Virus record (IMG/VR): IMGVR_UViG_3300008255_000135
Span: 5,351 to 69,350 of that record
Source of the DNA: a virus
Lineage: Duplodnaviria; Caudoviricetes
Direction: 5' to 3' (one strand)
Length of the DNA stretch: 64,000 bases
Under the pieces are notes generated by a model. The model did no database searches, was not told the DNA's origin, and was given only the letters and a program-made list of their open reading frames with translations. Made by a program: the position numbers and the translations under genes. Positions 7,324 through 16,969 of the stretch are shown here, piece by piece (the stretch's first letter is position 1; each line of letters opens with the position of its first letter).

Positions 7324-9920
7324 TGCAACTCTCCATTCAGCTTGGGGACCTCGACAAGCTGACCCCACCTCGGGCCAGCCTCGACATCCGCCACGATCGG
7401 AACATCACCGCTCCACCACGACTCCATGATCGCCACGCACTGCTCCACGATGTCCTCGAACCAGTCCTCACGGATCTCCAGGATCATCGAGTCGTGCACG
7501 GTGCAGACGACGCGAGCCGGAAGTCGTTCCTCGACCAGCCAGCTCACCACCTCGTTGAGCGACCGGAGCATGTACTCGGCCGCGGAGCCCTGGACCGGGC
7601 TGTTGATGGCGCTGTTTCGCGCGGTGCTGGCCGCGGCCTCGTCCTCACCCGCGATGTCCCACAGCGGACGCCAACGCCCGGGCTCTCCATCGAAGTACGT
7701 GTAGACGTACCCATCCCGGCGACACCGGGCTATCTGGGTCTTGACCCACTGGTCCAGGTCCCCGAACTCGCCCATGATCGAAGCGATCAGGACCTTCGCC
7801 TTCGCCTTCGAGATCCCCAGGTCCTTGGCCAGGGTGCCCGCCCCGAGCCCGTAGAGGGTACCGAAGTTCACGGACTTGGCCGCGGAGCGGTAGGGCTTGA
7901 TCTGATCCTTGTCGTAGCCCTCCATCGTGGCCTGGGGGATCCCCCAGGCTGCCGAGCTGATCAACTCCGCCGTTCGTCGGTGGAGGTCGAGCCCGTCTTG
8001 GAAGACCTTGCACATCACCTTGTCGCCCGAGAGGAGCGCTGCGACGCGATACTCCAGCTGCGAGTAGTCGATCTGCGCGAGACGCCAGCCGGGGGCAGCA
8101 CGGAAGATGTTCTTGACCATCTTCGCCATCACCGGGCTCCGGCTCGGGATGTTCTGCATGTTGGGGTCGCTCGACGAGAACCGGCCCGTGGTGGTCCCGG
8201 TAATGTTGAAGGACCCGTGGATGCGACCATCCCCCCGAATGTGGTCGAGCAGATTCCACGCGTACCGGGAGCGGATCGTGTCGTACTCCTTGTAGGTCAG
8301 CAACGACTCGATCACCGGGTGACGGTCGCGCAGCTTCTCCAGCACGTCAGCCGCGACCGAGGGGAGACCCGTCGCGGTGGTCTCCAAGATCGGAAGCCGG
8401 AGGGTCCCGTAGAGATACTCGGTCAGGGCCTCGCGCTTGGCCGGGTCAGGACACCCCGCGGCGCGCAGCTTGGAGGACCTCTTCTCCAGCTCGGCATCGA
8501 CGAACCGGCCCACGTTTTCGATCTGCGCACGGTCGGCGAGGAACCCCCACCGTTCGATCTGGCCGATGGTCCGCGCCGCGGGCTCCAGCAGCACATCCCA
8601 CGTCCGACGGAGGTTCGAGCGCGAGTTGATGCGCTCCTCCATCACCGTGGAGAGCAGCGAAGTGGCCACCGTGTCCAGCGCGCAGTACCGAGCTCGCAAG
8701 CCGTCGGGGACCACCCCGTACGCGAACGTCATGGTGTCGAGCCCGGGGTACTTGACCGCGGCCTCCAGCGGACGCGGCAGCATCCCCGGCAAGGTGATCA
8801 TCGCCGCCTGCGTCTCCTCGATGGTCCGCGCGATGATGGACACCGCGTCGTCGAGGGCGGTGTCCATCTCCTCCTTGTGGCCTCCCATGCCGACCAGCTC
8901 AGCGCCGTACTGCAACCGGCCCATGGCGTCGGGGTCGTCCAGCTTCCGCCAGATCAGCGTGTCGCCCACGGGCCCGCGCACCTCGGCTCGGATGCGCTTG
9001 TCCTGCCTCACCGCGGAGATATCGACCTTGATGTTGTGGCCCGTCTTCTTGATCGACGCATCCGCGAACAGCTCGACCAACGGCGCGACTACCTCGGGGT
9101 CGTCCAGCCGGTCGACGTTCCAGACGTAGCACTCGGTGGTCCCCGTCGCCGCGATTGCCAGGGTGTCGACCTGGAAATACTCCGTCTGCGAGGGCCCGCT
9201 GTACTCCGTGTCGTAGGTCACCGAGCCATGGGCCCGGAGCCGCTCGACCGCCTCGCGCGAGTCCTCGGGGGTCTCGACCAGCGAGTACAACACGTCCCAC
9301 GGCGGGGGCTTGGGATGCGCCGTCAGAGCCCACCCCAGGTCTTCGATCAGGTGCTCCCGCCGGAAGTCGTTGCGGAGGATGTTCCCGGTGCTCCCGGTGA
9401 CCTCGGCCTGGCACTGGAGCGCCGGCATCATGAACACCTTCGCGCCGTTCGAGAGGTAGGCGTAGCCCCGCCGCGCGCTCAGCGGGGGGACCTTGCGGTT
9501 GAGGAGCGAAAATGTGGCCTGACCTCCGAAGGCGAGGATCCGCGCAGGCTTGATGGCCTCGACTACGCCCGCGAGGTAGGGCCGGCACGCCGCGACCATC
9601 GTGTCCGTCGGCTTGCGCGAACCCGCGGCGCAGCGGATCCCGTAAGTGTAGACCACCGGCCCGTTCCACATCTTCTCCAGCTGCATCCGCAGCCATTGCG
9701 CTGCGTCGCCGGAGAACGCGACGCCGATCGTGTCCTCGTCGCGGGTCGGGTAGGTCCCCACCACGAGCAGCGTGTTCTCGCCGACGGTCCCCTCCGGGGG
9801 GAGACACACCACACGCGCCCCCGAGTGCAGGTCGCAAGCCTGGCACCCGGGGTTGTGGTTCGCGGGGCTGACCAGCTCCACGCCGGACCGCCGCTCCGTG
9901 TAGAGCGGAAGTCGCTTCAC
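7302..9920 (-). CDS. polA: Family A DNA polymerase with N-terminal UDG family-4-like Fe-S domain and 3'-5' exonuclease
   Basis: CQAC...C...C UDG-like domain; exonuclease motifs YDTE, GHNIKVD, YCALD; polymerase motifs DYSQLEYR, RSAAKSVNFGTLYG, VHDS; GTG start overlaps upstream TGA. Confidence 0.95.
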   Translation of the reverse strand: MKRLPLYTERRSGVELVSPANHNPGCQACDLHSGARVVCLPPEGTVGENTLLVVGTYPTRDEDTIGVAFSGDAAQWLRMQLEKMWNGPVVYTYGIRCAAGSRKPTDTMVAACRPYLAGVVEAIKPARILAFGGQATFSLLNRKVPPLSARRGYAYLSNGAKVFMMPALQCQAEVTGSTGNILRNDFRREHLIEDLGWALTAHPKPPPWDVLYSLVETPEDSREAVERLRAHGSVTYDTEYSGPSQTEYFQVDTLAIAATGTTECYVWNVDRLDDPEVVAPLVELFADASIKKTGHNIKVDISAVRQDKRIRAEVRGPVGDTLIWRKLDDPDAMGRLQYGAELVGMGGHKEEMDTALDDAVSIIARTIEETQAAMITLPGMLPRPLEAAVKYPGLDTMTFAYGVVPDGLRARYCALDTVATSLLSTVMEERINSRSNLRRTWDVLLEPAARTIGQIERWGFLADRAQIENVGRFVDAELEKRSSKLRAAGCPDPAKREALTEYLYGTLRLPILETTATGLPSVAADVLEKLRDRHPVIESLLTYKEYDTIRSRYAWNLLDHIRGDGRIHGSFNITGTTTGRFSSSDPNMQNIPSRSPVMAKMVKNIFRAAPGWRLAQIDYSQLEYRVAALLSGDKVMCKVFQDGLDLHRRTAELISSAAWGIPQATMEGYDKDQIKPYRSAAKSVNFGTLYGLGAGTLAKDLGISKAKAKVLIASIMGEFGDLDQWVKTQIARCRRDGYVYTYFDGEPGRWRPLWDIAGEDEAAASTARNSAINSPVQGSAAEYMLRSLNEVVSWLVEERLPARVVCTVHDSMILEIREDWFEDIVEQCVAIMESWWSGDVPIVADVEAGPRWGQLVEVPKLNGELQWTTVAA

Positions 9921-11053
9921 CCCTTCACCGCGATGCCCAGCAAGTTGAGGGCGGACAGGACGCGACGCTCGACCTTCTCCTTGGTCTTCGCCGCCGCGAG
10001 GGCCTTCGAGCGATCTTGGAAGCCCCACATCTGCTCGACCAGCCGGTTGGTGTCCACCCCACCCGCGTGGGTGGAGTCGTTCTCGATCACCCACTGCATC
10101 AGGCGATTGATCTTGCGGCTCTCCAGCACTTCCTCGGGAGGCTCGGGGAGGCTGCCGGCGGGGGCGGGGGCCGAAGGGACACCCGGGTCGACATCGGTGA
10201 CCCCGGGGACCACGCCGTCCGGCTCCACGGGGACGTACTCGATCACCTGGCCCTGCAACCCGATCAGCACGCAGTCCCCCGAGTCGAGGACCACCGACCA
10301 GACCTCGCCATGAACCGTGTCCGCCATCTCCGCCGTCAGCACCTTCTGGCCCTGGTAATCGTCGCCGGGCCGATAATGGACCTGGGACCGGGCTTCTCGC
10401 CGATCGAGATTGCCCTTCTGACCCTGGGGCTGGGACTTGTAGTAGGCGAGCACCTCGTTCGGATCGCGGCCCGGACGCGTGAGTTTCTCCGCGGTCTCTG
10501 CGAGCGACTTCGCCTTTTCCTCCAGGGTGCGGCGAGCGGAGTCGGGTATCTGGGCCCCGAGCTCGACCGCCTGGTTGCTCAGGTCCGGCCCCCAGGGAGG
10601 ACTCGCTTCGGTTGGTGGTTTGGGGTCCACATCTACGCCGCGCTCCTCGTGCGGTGGTGGGGTTGGCGTGACCGGTTTCTGGACCGCCTGCACCTTCGGT
10701 GGTGTCGGTTCTGGGGACTTCCGGTCCGCGACTGGAAGCGTGACCCGTGGCCCGGGGGTGGGCGCGGGCCCAGGACTTGGTGGTGAGGCCGCCTCCGCGC
10801 CGGCGTAGGGAGCCGGGCGGACCACGTCTTGGGGTGCCTGACAGGGATCGGTCTGGCGCTTCTGCTCCACCGCCCACTCACGGAGGGCCACGAGCTGGTC
10901 CAGCTCCATCAGCTGCGCCAACAGGAGCCGCGCCTTCGCGGCCTCGACCCCGCGGATCTCCATCAGCTGCGTGCGATCGTGCCAGACGACCTCGTGGGGC
11001 TCCCCCAACAACTCGAACTCGAACCCGAACACGGTTTGCTTGACTTGTTTCAT
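9917..11053 (-). CDS. Hypothetical protein with Pro-rich linkers
   Basis: 378-aa ORF with 4-nt start/stop overlaps to both primase and polymerase. Confidence 0.8.
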   Translation of the reverse strand: MKQVKQTVFGFEFELLGEPHEVVWHDRTQLMEIRGVEAAKARLLLAQLMELDQLVALREWAVEQKRQTDPCQAPQDVVRPAPYAGAEAASPPSPGPAPTPGPRVTLPVADRKSPEPTPPKVQAVQKPVTPTPPPHEERGVDVDPKPPTEASPPWGPDLSNQAVELGAQIPDSARRTLEEKAKSLAETAEKLTRPGRDPNEVLAYYKSQPQGQKGNLDRREARSQVHYRPGDDYQGQKVLTAEMADTVHGEVWSVVLDSGDCVLIGLQGQVIEYVPVEPDGVVPGVTDVDPGVPSAPAPAGSLPEPPEEVLESRKINRLMQWVIENDSTHAGGVDTNRLVEQMWGFQDRSKALAAAKTKEKVERRVLSALNLLGIAVKG

Positions 11054-11949
11054 TCGGTCTTCTCCGGCACCCGCTCGACGCGGGGACTATCGATCGAAGC
11101 GCGAGCCGCCTTGCGGAGATCCGCCGGGTCGACTCGCCTATCGTTGGGGTCACGCCCCGGCGGAAGTCTTACCGCGCCGGCCCGTATTCCCTCAAGGCGC
11201 AAACGCCACATAAACCGCTCGCCCTCGCGCCAGGCGTCCCCGTCCAGACACACGGCGATCGGCCGCCTCGTCTGCTTCAACACAGCGACGTGGTCCTCGA
11301 TCGGCTTCCCCAGCCCGCCCAAGCAGTCGGGCCAGTAGAGGGCCCCGTCAAGAACCCCCTCCATCAGGAGCGCGGGGTCGTCCGTCTCCTCGGTGAGCGC
11401 AACCTCGTTGAACAGCCGATCCCGGGTCATGCCCGGCGGGTACATGTACGGGGACGGAGCCTTCGGAAACCAACACCGAGCGGTGAACCCCCACCACACC
11501 CCAGCGGCGTCCGTGTGGGGGATGATCAGCCGACCGGCGTAGTCCCCCGTGACCGCAGCGCCCATGCCAACCGCTTCGCGGATAGCCAAGTCGAACCCCC
11601 GACTCTCTGCGTATTGGACCGCGGGTTGCAGGGAGAGGGCTTGTAGCGAGACCTCGGTCCAGAGCGGCTCGAACCAATCGGGAGCCGTCTTCGCGCGGTA
11701 CCCCTCGTGATTGAAGTCCTCGCTCTTGTGGTCGGTGACCCATCCCCCGATCACCCCACGAGTCGCGCAGCGGAAGCACTTGTAGTAGCCGAACGGGAAG
11801 TAGATGGCGAAGGACCCCCGGCGATCTGGCGTCCCCACCTTGGTCACGCAGAACGGGCACTGCGTTCGTGCCCAGCCCGACCGAGCGGGCCGAAGCCCAG
11901 CCACGGCTCCGCGCGCGAGGTCGTCCCGGTAATCGTCGCGCGGGCTCAT
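11050..11949 (-). CDS. DNA primase (zinc finger + TOPRIM)
   Basis: CPFC...CFRC zinc finger; EGVLD and CLDGDA TOPRIM motifs; start MSPRDD at 11949. Confidence 0.9.
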   Translation of the reverse strand: MSPRDDYRDDLARGAVAGLRPARSGWARTQCPFCVTKVGTPDRRGSFAIYFPFGYYKCFRCATRGVIGGWVTDHKSEDFNHEGYRAKTAPDWFEPLWTEVSLQALSLQPAVQYAESRGFDLAIREAVGMGAAVTGDYAGRLIIPHTDAAGVWWGFTARCWFPKAPSPYMYPPGMTRDRLFNEVALTEETDDPALLMEGVLDGALYWPDCLGGLGKPIEDHVAVLKQTRRPIAVCLDGDAWREGERFMWRLRLEGIRAGAVRLPPGRDPNDRRVDPADLRKAARASIDSPRVERVPEKTE

Positions 11950-13307
11950 TGGACCTCGGTGGCGAAGGGACTGAGAGCGGCGACAACTTGGTCCGCCTTC
12001 CAGGCATCCGTGGGGGAGGCCCCAGCCTGCACCCGGGGGGAGATCGTGGTGACTCGGCCGAAGTCCCAATCGGTGGGGATCGGCCCGAGCTCCACATCAC
12101 TAGCGCCCATCTTTTGCTTGCAAAGATAGAGCCAGAACTCTTGCTCCTCCGGGAAGTAGTTGAGGGAAACAACCACCGTGGCGATCCGCCCCTTGTGGCG
12201 ACTGTCCGCCATATCCCCGAGCTTGGCGAACTTCTGCCCGCGTTTTAGCTCCTTGGTCTGACTCGCGGTCGCCACCACGATCGAGTTGTCCTTGGCGATC
12301 GCCACGAGCCCGTTGTAGACGTTGCGCATCACCACGTAGTCGGACCGGTCTCCCGTGGACCCGTCGCCCATCCGGTCGGCGTAGTCGATGGCGACCAAGT
12401 CGACCTTGCGGCCCTCGGCGTCCTCGACCTCCTTGCGCCAGTCGTCGATGTCCGCGGGGGTCGTCAGCCCGGTGTCCAGCTCCTTGACGTAGAGGGAGCC
12501 CAGCCGGTCCATCATCGCGGCGTAGCGCTCCGCGGCTTCCTTGGTCTGCCCGGCGAGGATTCGCTTGAAGGGGATGTTGGTCAGGTCGGCGAAGATCTTG
12601 GCCTTGACCATCGAGACGGGGAGCTCGTTGGTCCCGTAGAGGACCAGCCCACCCTCGCGGAGGTTCGCCCCCGCCATCTGCCCGAGACCCGTCGACTTGC
12701 CCGAGTTCGCGCCACCGAGAAGGACGTACAGCGACTTCCGCGGGACCCCGCCTTCGAGGTAGTCGTCCAAGCGGGGCATCCCCGTGGGGAGCTTCTCGGT
12801 GAGGGTGGAATCCATTTCCCGGAACGAGGCCGCCCCGAGCTTGGACCCCAGCGACGTGTCCACAAACCCGAGCTGGTCGATCCGCTCCAGCCGGCGCCGA
12901 AGCTCGGTCGAGTCGAGCCCCATCAGCGCGTCGCGCAAGGCGTCCCCGCGCATACGCTCGCGTAGCTGCGGGAGGAACACCCCCATCACCTTCTCCATCG
13001 GCGGGAGGTCCTGGTCGAGACAATCTTCCAAGTACCCCAGCGAGAGGAGCGTGTCGTCGAGGGTGATCTTTCCGTCCTCCAGCGACATCTGCCGAAGTTG
13101 CTGAGCCACGACCACAGACGACCCCGGGCCCTCCCCGGTCTCCGTGAAGCACTTCGCGCAGGCTTCGACGATGGTCTGAGCCTCACGGGTGGGGAAGCAG
13201 CTCGACACCACCCCGCCGCGGACCGCCCCGTAGAAGCGGCGATCCCGGACGAGGTAGGCGATCACCGCCCGCTCGAAGTCCGGGTCCAGCGTGTAGGGGT
13301 CGCTCAC
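11946..13307 (-). CDS. dnaB: DnaB-like (SF4) replicative helicase
   Basis: GGANSGKS Walker A, VAIDY Walker B, TASQ motif; alternative start at 13316. Confidence 0.9.
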   Translation of the reverse strand: MSDPYTLDPDFERAVIAYLVRDRRFYGAVRGGVVSSCFPTREAQTIVEACAKCFTETGEGPGSSVVVAQQLRQMSLEDGKITLDDTLLSLGYLEDCLDQDLPPMEKVMGVFLPQLRERMRGDALRDALMGLDSTELRRRLERIDQLGFVDTSLGSKLGAASFREMDSTLTEKLPTGMPRLDDYLEGGVPRKSLYVLLGGANSGKSTGLGQMAGANLREGGLVLYGTNELPVSMVKAKIFADLTNIPFKRILAGQTKEAAERYAAMMDRLGSLYVKELDTGLTTPADIDDWRKEVEDAEGRKVDLVAIDYADRMGDGSTGDRSDYVVMRNVYNGLVAIAKDNSIVVATASQTKELKRGQKFAKLGDMADSRHKGRIATVVVSLNYFPEEQEFWLYLCKQKMGASDVELGPIPTDWDFGRVTTISPRVQAGASPTDAWKADQVVAALSPFATEVQ

Positions 13308-14629
13308 CAGGGCCACCGCCCCGCACGAAACTCCGCCAGATCTCGCGCGTAGCGAGCCTGCATATCACGCCGGCAAAGATCCACTTCGCGGTCAAAATAC
13401 CCTGGCGGGAAGAACGCCGCGACCATGCGATCAACATCTTGCTGAGTCGCCGCCGGATTGCGCATCGCTGCCATGATCTCGGCGCGACAGTCTTTCCAGC
13501 GCTCCAGCAGGAGCTCTAGCCGGTTCGGCATCCAGAAGGGACACCCCCAGTCCCCACCCTGCTCACGACACGGCGCGCGGAGCTGGTCGATCAGACTCGG
13601 GGCGAAGACCTGCTCCAGCCGCGGGGGGACCCACGTGCGGTTCTCGTCGCGCGCTGCGTCCTTGGTGTACTGGAAGAACCACACCGCCCACAGATAGGGG
13701 CTCACTCGGTGGCGTTCGAGGTGGTCCGCGGCTTTGACCAACAGACCCATCTGTCGCTTGCTCGCGCCTCGGGAGAACAGACCCGGGGCCTGGCCGGTGT
13801 GCTTGTGGACCGCAGCTCGGTAGGCGGCCAACAGCATGGCGACTCGGCGGGGGGTCGGGTCCGTCTTCGCCACCTTGGGGCGCGGAGGCGCTTGGTAGTG
13901 ACCGGTGACCTCGGTCGGGCGGACGGGGAAGTGTTCGGGGACCTGAATGTTGCGTGAGCCGCGCGCTTGCGCGTGGCCTTTCCCCTTTAGGGGAAAGCTC
14001 GTCCCTACATCTCCTGCCACTCCTACAGGCGCCGAGTCCTCCGGCGAGGTTGGCGTCGCAGGATGGGCTGGGGGCCTGTCTTCGGGACTTGCGGCTACCG
14101 CGCAACAGGCGACGCGAGGGGCGACGACCCGGCGACGGGCGGCGTTATTGTACGGGATAGGGGTGCTTTGGCTGACAGCCCTTGCCACCGCTGGCGGAAC
14201 GCGCACATACTCAGTGTGCTGTTCACGCACCCCCATGACTGCGCGAATCCGACACCCCCCGCCGGTCCGCCGGCCGGTGTTCACGACCAGGCCGATTTCC
14301 TCCAACCGGCGGAGGTACGCGCGCACCATCCGCTCGCTGGGGGCCTTTCGGGGCTTGGTCAGCTTCGCCCACCACTCCCCGAGCTTGCGCGCGAGGGTCG
14401 CCACTTTGAACCGGACCAGCCCGTGGCGGTCCCGGACTTGAAGTAGGTTCCGGTACACGCTCCAGGCGTTCGACCCCAGGTACTCGGCGAGCGAGCGGCG
14501 ATGCACCCGGACGGATCCGCGGTCGGGGTCGTTTTCAGTCGGAAAAGGGTTGGCGTAGCTTGGGGAAAGAGATACACTTCCGATTGTCACAGCATCGGCT
14601 TTCTTGTGGGTGCGTGGTAACACCCACAA
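13304..14629 (-). CDS. Putative replication initiator / helicase-loading protein with N-terminal winged HTH; start uncertain (14629 TTG, 14590 GTG or later)
   Basis: SERMVRAYLRRLEEIGLV wHTH-like segment; coupled directly upstream of the helicase and primase. Confidence 0.55.
   Translation of the reverse strand: MWVLPRTHKKADAVTIGSVSLSPSYANPFPTENDPDRGSVRVHRRSLAEYLGSNAWSVYRNLLQVRDRHGLVRFKVATLARKLGEWWAKLTKPRKAPSERMVRAYLRRLEEIGLVVNTGRRTGGGCRIRAVMGVREQHTEYVRVPPAVARAVSQSTPIPYNNAARRRVVAPRVACCAVAASPEDRPPAHPATPTSPEDSAPVGVAGDVGTSFPLKGKGHAQARGSRNIQVPEHFPVRPTEVTGHYQAPPRPKVAKTDPTPRRVAMLLAAYRAAVHKHTGQAPGLFSRGASKRQMGLLVKAADHLERHRVSPYLWAVWFFQYTKDAARDENRTWVPPRLEQVFAPSLIDQLRAPCREQGGDWGCPFWMPNRLELLLERWKDCRAEIMAAMRNPAATQQDVDRMVAAFFPPGYFDREVDLCRRDMQARYARDLAEFRAGRWPW
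14550..14578 (+). promoter_or_regulatory. Sigma70-type promoter, antisense to the replication operon
   Basis: TTGGCG-17 bp-TACACT. Confidence 0.65.
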
Positions 14630-14663
14630 ACTGACCCCGGGGGTTCGCCCTCGGGGTTTTTTT
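14585..14663 (+). ncRNA. Candidate ~80-nt antisense (countertranscript) RNA
   Basis: Lies between the promoter above and an intrinsic terminator; hairpin TTGTGGGTG/CACCCACAA at 14604-14629. Confidence 0.6.
14634..14663 (+). terminator. Intrinsic terminator, plus strand
   Basis: ACCCCGGGGG-TTCG-CCCTCGGGGT stem-loop followed by a run of 7 T. Confidence 0.85.
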
Positions 14664-14704
14664 GTTGTTGGGGGAGCGAGTGTGGCGGGTCGGGCGACCC
14701 ACCG

Positions 14705-15184
14705 TCAAGGGAGGTAACGCCGCACCAGCGCGTCGTTGACCTGGGCCGGGGTAGGGAGTTGGTGGAGGGCGAGGCGGGGGTCCCGGATCCGCGACGCCGC
14801 CGGGGGCGGGACCAAGAGGAGCTCGACCCGCTCGTCGCCCTCGCAGAGGCCCAGCCGCGCGGGCTGGACCTTCAAGAGCAGGTACCTCCGCGCGAGCTCC
14901 AGCAGCTCACGCGCATCAGCACACCGCGCGAGCGCGGCGAAGCGGACCCCGTGGAAGTGGGGGTAGGCGACGCGGGCCTGCACGACCCGGATCAGGTCCA
15001 CCGTGGTCAGCTCGCCGAACTGCCGCACGAGCAGGGATCGGCGGATGGGGACCAGCGGTTGTCCCGACCCCACCCAGTGGGCTTGATCGTAGAGGTCGCG
15101 GAGGACCTTGTCGTCCTCGGTCAACGCGTCGGGCCCTACCGGGGGGTCGGCCATCAGGGCCTCCAAGAGGAGCTCACTTGCCAT
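14705..15184 (-). CDS. Hypothetical protein
   Basis: ORF overlapping the helicase stop; alternative start at 15196. Confidence 0.7.
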   Translation of the reverse strand: MASELLLEALMADPPVGPDALTEDDKVLRDLYDQAHWVGSGQPLVPIRRSLLVRQFGELTTVDLIRVVQARVAYPHFHGVRFAALARCADARELLELARRYLLLKVQPARLGLCEGDERVELLLVPPPAASRIRDPRLALHQLPTPAQVNDALVRRYLP

Positions 15185-16691
15185 CGAGGACCCCATACTT
15201 CACGGCTTCGATCGGGGCGAGTACATGCACGGGGTAACCCTCCATCTGGTAGCTCTCCATCCGCGACTTCGAGTGGTCCTCGAACCACTTCATCCGGGTC
15301 TTTCGCGCCCGCTTTGTTGCGGCGCTGACCTCCTCGGGGTCCTGGTCGTAGATCTCCCAGACCTCGACCTCGTCTTTCACGAGCGCCCCCGCCGAGTCGT
15401 GGACCACACGAGTACCACGTCCCACGCGTTGCACGGCTTCGATGTTGCTGGCGCCCGCTGTCCCAATGATCAACGAGGCCAGCTCGGGGATGTCGGTCCC
15501 GGTCTGCCAGACCTTGGTGCAGATCACCACGTCGAGGTCCCCCCACCGCAGCTGGCGGATCAGATCTGCCCGGCGCGATTGCGAACACTTCCCGTGGACG
15601 AACTCGACCCGCACCTTCCCCCGGCTGCGCAGCTCCGCGAGGAGCGTCTTCCCGTGGACCTCGCGCTTCACGAACAGGAGCGCGGGGTGGTTGGCCTTCT
15701 CGGCGAGCCGGACCAACACTCGGTTCCGCGCAACGGACTTGACCACGACCTCGGCATAGGCGCCGTTGTAGGTCTTGTTCTTGGGGGGCGTTCCGACCAC
15801 TGGCACAAACCGGATCGTCGGTCGGGAGATCAGCTTGGCGGCGATCAGCTCGGTCGCGGGGACGCGGTAAATCACCTCCCCGAGCGCGCTGATGATGAAC
15901 ATGTTCCGCCGATCTCCGCGGGCGAGCGCGGTCCCGGACATCCCGAACCGGTAGTAGGCGTTCGGGATCGACATGGCGACCCCGTAGAAGTTGTCCGCGG
16001 GGAGCTGATGGACCTCGTCCACGATGAACCCCTGGAAGCCCGCGAGGAACTCGGTGGTCGAGTCGTGGGTGTCCGGCGCCCGGAGACGCGCCGAGAGAGT
16101 CTGGAAGGTGGCCGAGACCACCCGGCACCCGTCGACCTTCCAGACGCCGTCCCCAACCCGTCCGCACGCCTCCCCGGTGCGCTTCTCGTAGCGCTCCGCG
16201 AAGTTGAGCATCAGATCCGCCTCGGGGGCGAGGAAGATCCACCGGATGTCGGGGACCGCCTTGACGATCCCGCACGCGATCTCGGTCTTCCCCGAGCCCG
16301 TCGGCAGCCAGAGAATCCCGCGGGTCCGCGTCAAACACCGCTCTACGGCGCGCAGCTGGAAGGGGGTCCCGTCGAGGAGCTTTCGGTCGGCCAGCCAAGC
16401 GAGGTCGGTGGACGGATCGAACTCGGCGGGGCGCGTCCGCATGTCGAAGACCTGGGTTGGGAACCCTTGCTTCTCCGCCGACCGGAGAACCTTCGCTGTG
16501 AGCCCCGCGGGAAACGACTTCCGATGATAGTTGTACAACCGGCGTTGCTTGGACCCTGAGTAGCCGACCTGGCCATTGGACATGTAGAAGGACTGCGAGC
16601 TGTCCTCGAACTGGAGGTACCCCGTGAGCCAGCCGATCTCCTCGTCCGAGGCCTCTACGCGCGTCTCCTGGTTCGTCAGGAACAGGCGCAT
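15174..16691 (-). CDS. SF2 DExH helicase (UvsW-like)
   Basis: LPTGSGKT, DEVH, SGT, QRVGRGTR; start MRLFLT at 16691. Confidence 0.93.
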   Translation of the reverse strand: MRLFLTNQETRVEASDEEIGWLTGYLQFEDSSQSFYMSNGQVGYSGSKQRRLYNYHRKSFPAGLTAKVLRSAEKQGFPTQVFDMRTRPAEFDPSTDLAWLADRKLLDGTPFQLRAVERCLTRTRGILWLPTGSGKTEIACGIVKAVPDIRWIFLAPEADLMLNFAERYEKRTGEACGRVGDGVWKVDGCRVVSATFQTLSARLRAPDTHDSTTEFLAGFQGFIVDEVHQLPADNFYGVAMSIPNAYYRFGMSGTALARGDRRNMFIISALGEVIYRVPATELIAAKLISRPTIRFVPVVGTPPKNKTYNGAYAEVVVKSVARNRVLVRLAEKANHPALLFVKREVHGKTLLAELRSRGKVRVEFVHGKCSQSRRADLIRQLRWGDLDVVICTKVWQTGTDIPELASLIIGTAGASNIEAVQRVGRGTRVVHDSAGALVKDEVEVWEIYDQDPEEVSAATKRARKTRMKWFEDHSKSRMESYQMEGYPVHVLAPIEAVKYGVLDGK

Positions 16692-16695
16692 GGGG

Positions 16696-16941
16696 TTAGA
16701 GTCCGAACGCGGCGGCGGCCTGGGGCCCGACGTACTTGACCACGCTGGCCAGCTTGACGTAGCGGGCTGCCCCCACCTGGGTCCCTTCGATCTTGGAATC
16801 GTCCAGCCACCGATAGACGGTGCTCGGCGCGACGTGGAGGCTTGCGGCGACATCCGGGACTGGGTGATAGCCGCGCTTCTTCATCGCGGCGATTTGGTCG
16901 TCACGGTACACGCGACGGGATTTTTCGGTCTTCTTTGCCAT
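16696..16941 (-). CDS. Small HTH DNA-binding protein (excisionase / HTH_17-like)
   Basis: VPDVAASLHVAPSTVYRWL helix-turn-helix followed by a wing. Confidence 0.8.
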   Translation of the reverse strand: MAKKTEKSRRVYRDDQIAAMKKRGYHPVPDVAASLHVAPSTVYRWLDDSKIEGTQVGAARYVKLASVVKYVGPQAAAAFGL

Positions 16942-16969
16942 GGATGGGTTCTCTCCTATTACTTGTATG

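Noticed and set aside
9921-10877. Apparent 1191-aa polymerase
   Set aside because: The upstream ~320 aa overlap the real 9917-11053 gene in another frame; the polymerase starts at the GTG at 9920
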